Assembly (NCBI GenBank): GCA_030390025.1
Contig: CM059437.1
Span: 53,072,001 to 53,136,000 of the forward strand
From: Squalus acanthias
Taxonomy: Eukaryota
Length of the DNA: 64,000 nt
Direction of reading: 5' to 3'
Both the position numbers and the translations under genes were made by a program. The notes beneath the pieces were generated by a model that did no database searches, was not told where the DNA came from, and worked only from the letters and a program-made list of their open reading frames with translations. How positions within the stretch are numbered: the stretch's first letter is position 1; the number at the start of each line of letters is the position of its first letter. Below are positions 61,626-64,000 of the stretch, one piece after another.

Positions 61626-64000
61626 TTAGGAGGCCGGGATGCTCCCTCCATTTCGTAGCCGCCGGACGAGGGAGAGCCGCACCTGTTTGGGTTCTCGTAG
61701 CGGTAGAGGGCCCCTAGCCCGTTTACCCGCCGCGGGCCGTGGACCAGAGTCCCAGTGATCCAGCCCGCTCTGTGAGGGGTCAGGACGATCCTGACTGTGT
61801 ACTGGTGCCCGAACGGGTGTCGGGCAGGGCTGTGGCAGATCCGTTTCCGAGCGTATGGTACGGGGTGGATCGTGGCTGCGCGTGCGAGCCCCGACGGGCT
61901 CATAGTCAGTCTGCCCCAGGTCGGCACGCTGGAGTGAGGTACCAGCCGTCGTCAGATCCAGATCGTGATGAGAGGCACCTGGCGAGCCCAGAGATGTGCC
62001 TGGCACAATATCATCCCCTGGTGTCCCTCTATGTTTCGGCGGGCAGGGAGCCAGATCCCGCAATGACACGGTAGATTCCCGACCGTCAGGATACCGAATA
62101 TAGGCGTAGGTAGGGTTGACATCAGTGAGCTCAACCTCATCTACCAGGGGGTCATTCTTAGACGCCCGGACATATCTTCGGAGTAGCACTGGTCCCGGTG
62201 CAGTCAGCCACGACGGGAGAGATATCCCATAGGATGAGCGACGCTGAAATCGGAAGAACCGTTCATGAGGCGTCGTATTTGTGGCGGTCGAAAGGAGGGA
62301 CCGTGTGGAGTGTAATGCGTCTGGAAGTACTGCTTCCCATTGCTGGTTGGGTAGGCCCCGAGATCTCAAAGCCAGACGTACCGCATTCCAGATGATAGCG
62401 TTAAAACGCTCGACTTGCCCATTCCCGACCGGATGATAAGGCGTCGTTCTGCTGGCAGCAATACCCCGTTCCGAGAGATAGGCCTTGAGTTCTCCTGACA
62501 TAAAAGAAGGGCCCCGATCCGAATGAACATAGGATGCCATGCCACAGAAAGCAAATACCTGCTCAAGGCAGCTGATAACCGTGGTCGTCAGCATATTGGG
62601 GCAGGGAAAGGCAAACGGAAAACGGGAATACTCATCGACCATGGTCAATAGATAAGTGTTGCGAGTTGAAGAGGGCAACGGCCCCTTAAAATCGATGCTA
62701 AGCCGTTGCATTGGCTGGGTCGCATGTATGAGTATACCACCCGAGGGGCGGAAAAACTGAGGTTTCAATTCCGCACAGACTCTGCAGTCCGAGCACATCT
62801 TCTTTACATCCCCGATAGAGAATGGGAGATTTCGGGACCGCACGAAGTGTAGCATGCGAGTAACGCCCGGATGACGCAACCCATCATGGATGTCTACAAG
62901 CATAGAGGGTGCCATGGCGGAGCAGAATGCTCGCGTGAGGGTATCCGGAGCCACATTCTCCTTGCCAGGTCGATAGTGGATGGTGTAACCGAAAGAGGCC
63001 AATTCCAGCCGCCAAAGCTGGATTTTATTATTTTTAATTTTGGTCCGTTTTCGATTATCGGCATGAAGGCGACCGACCGCTGGTCCGTGATTCAGGTAAA
63101 GTGCTGGCGAGCTAGGAGATGAGTCCACTTCCGTACTGCCTCTATGATGGCTGTAGCTTCTTTCTCGACTGGAGGATAATGTAGCTCAGCCCCTTGAAAA
63201 GTCCTGGACAAAAATGCCACCGGACGACCTTCCTGATTCAGAGTGGCCGAGATCGCCACCTCCGAGGCATCACACTCAACAACAAAAGGAAGACTCTCAT
63301 CGATGGAGTGAAGAGCCGCTTTCTCCAACTGTTTTTTCAGGAGGTTAAAGGCTGCAACAGCCGCTGTGTCTAGTGGGAATGTGCTGGCCTTCAGTAGAGG
63401 TTGGATTCGGTCCGAGAAGTTAGGAATCCATTTAGCATAGTATGCAAACAGGCCGAGGGCCCGGCGCAAGGAGGCCGGATTCTTAGGTGGCAGGAGTTCT
63501 TGGAGTGGGCGAAGCCTTTCAGGGTCAGGTTTAATGATGCCATTGCCCACACAATAGCCAAGGATGTTAATGGTTGGTTGTGACTCAATGGATTTAGCCG
63601 CATTTAATGTCAAATTACGGTGCTGGAGTGCATCCCAAAATCGTTGGAGATTGGCGTCATGTTCCCGCTGATTGCGACCTGCGACAGTAATATTGTCCAG
63701 ATAAGGAAACGTATCCTTCAAGTCTTCCTGTTTGACCAGGTCATCCATTGCTCGCTGGAAGACAGCCACTCCATTAGTGTCCCCAAAGGGGAGGCGACGA
63801 AATTGATACAGCCGTCCATTGGCTTCAAAGGCCGTATACTGCTTGTCTGAGACCTTCAAGGGTACCTGATGATAGGCACTTTTCAGATCATATGTTGAGA
63901 ACACCGTGTACTCAGCCAGTTTATTAACCATATCATCGATGCGCGGCAATGGGTATGCGTCCAAGTCCGTATATTGATTGATGGTCTGTGAATAGTCAAT
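61626..64000 (-). mobile_element. pol: Ty3/Gypsy pol (RT, RNase H, integrase) with one stop and one frameshift, continuing beyond the window
   Basis: AYPLPRIDD, DLKSAYHQ, YLDN, DASEVA, integrase H..HPG...C..C, DFKGP, SDRG and NGQVER. TGA at 63092-63094 and a 1-nt loss near 63060. Confidence 0.96.

Overview
Repeat-rich vertebrate DNA, almost certainly from a cartilaginous fish (shark-type CR1, L2 and Deu-SINE repeats plus cluster-type immunoglobulin genes). The only host genes are two paralogous minus-strand immunoglobulin light-chain clusters with a lambda-like C. Each has a leader exon, a germline-joined VJ exon with no RSS, and a C exon. Cluster A (29864-32692) has a 1-nt frameshift in FR3. 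Cluster B (48645-52640) is open and splices in frame. They lie in an old duplication (about 28790-35545 versus 47595-55500), and a second duplication links 1-2036 to 59383-61409, implying a larger Ig array. The rest is nested transposons: a full two-gene PIF/Harbinger element (14873-22306, AAT TSD confirmed by an empty site) with related MITEs; CR1 and L2 LINEs; a LINE family with a tRNA-Thr-like head and no ORF1; Penelope remnants with minimal hammerhead ribozymes; a solo LTR with a tRNA-like terminal fold; an LTR with an Arg-tRNA PBS; and a Gypsy element with a YLDN RT motif running off the right end. All alignments and identities were judged by eye.
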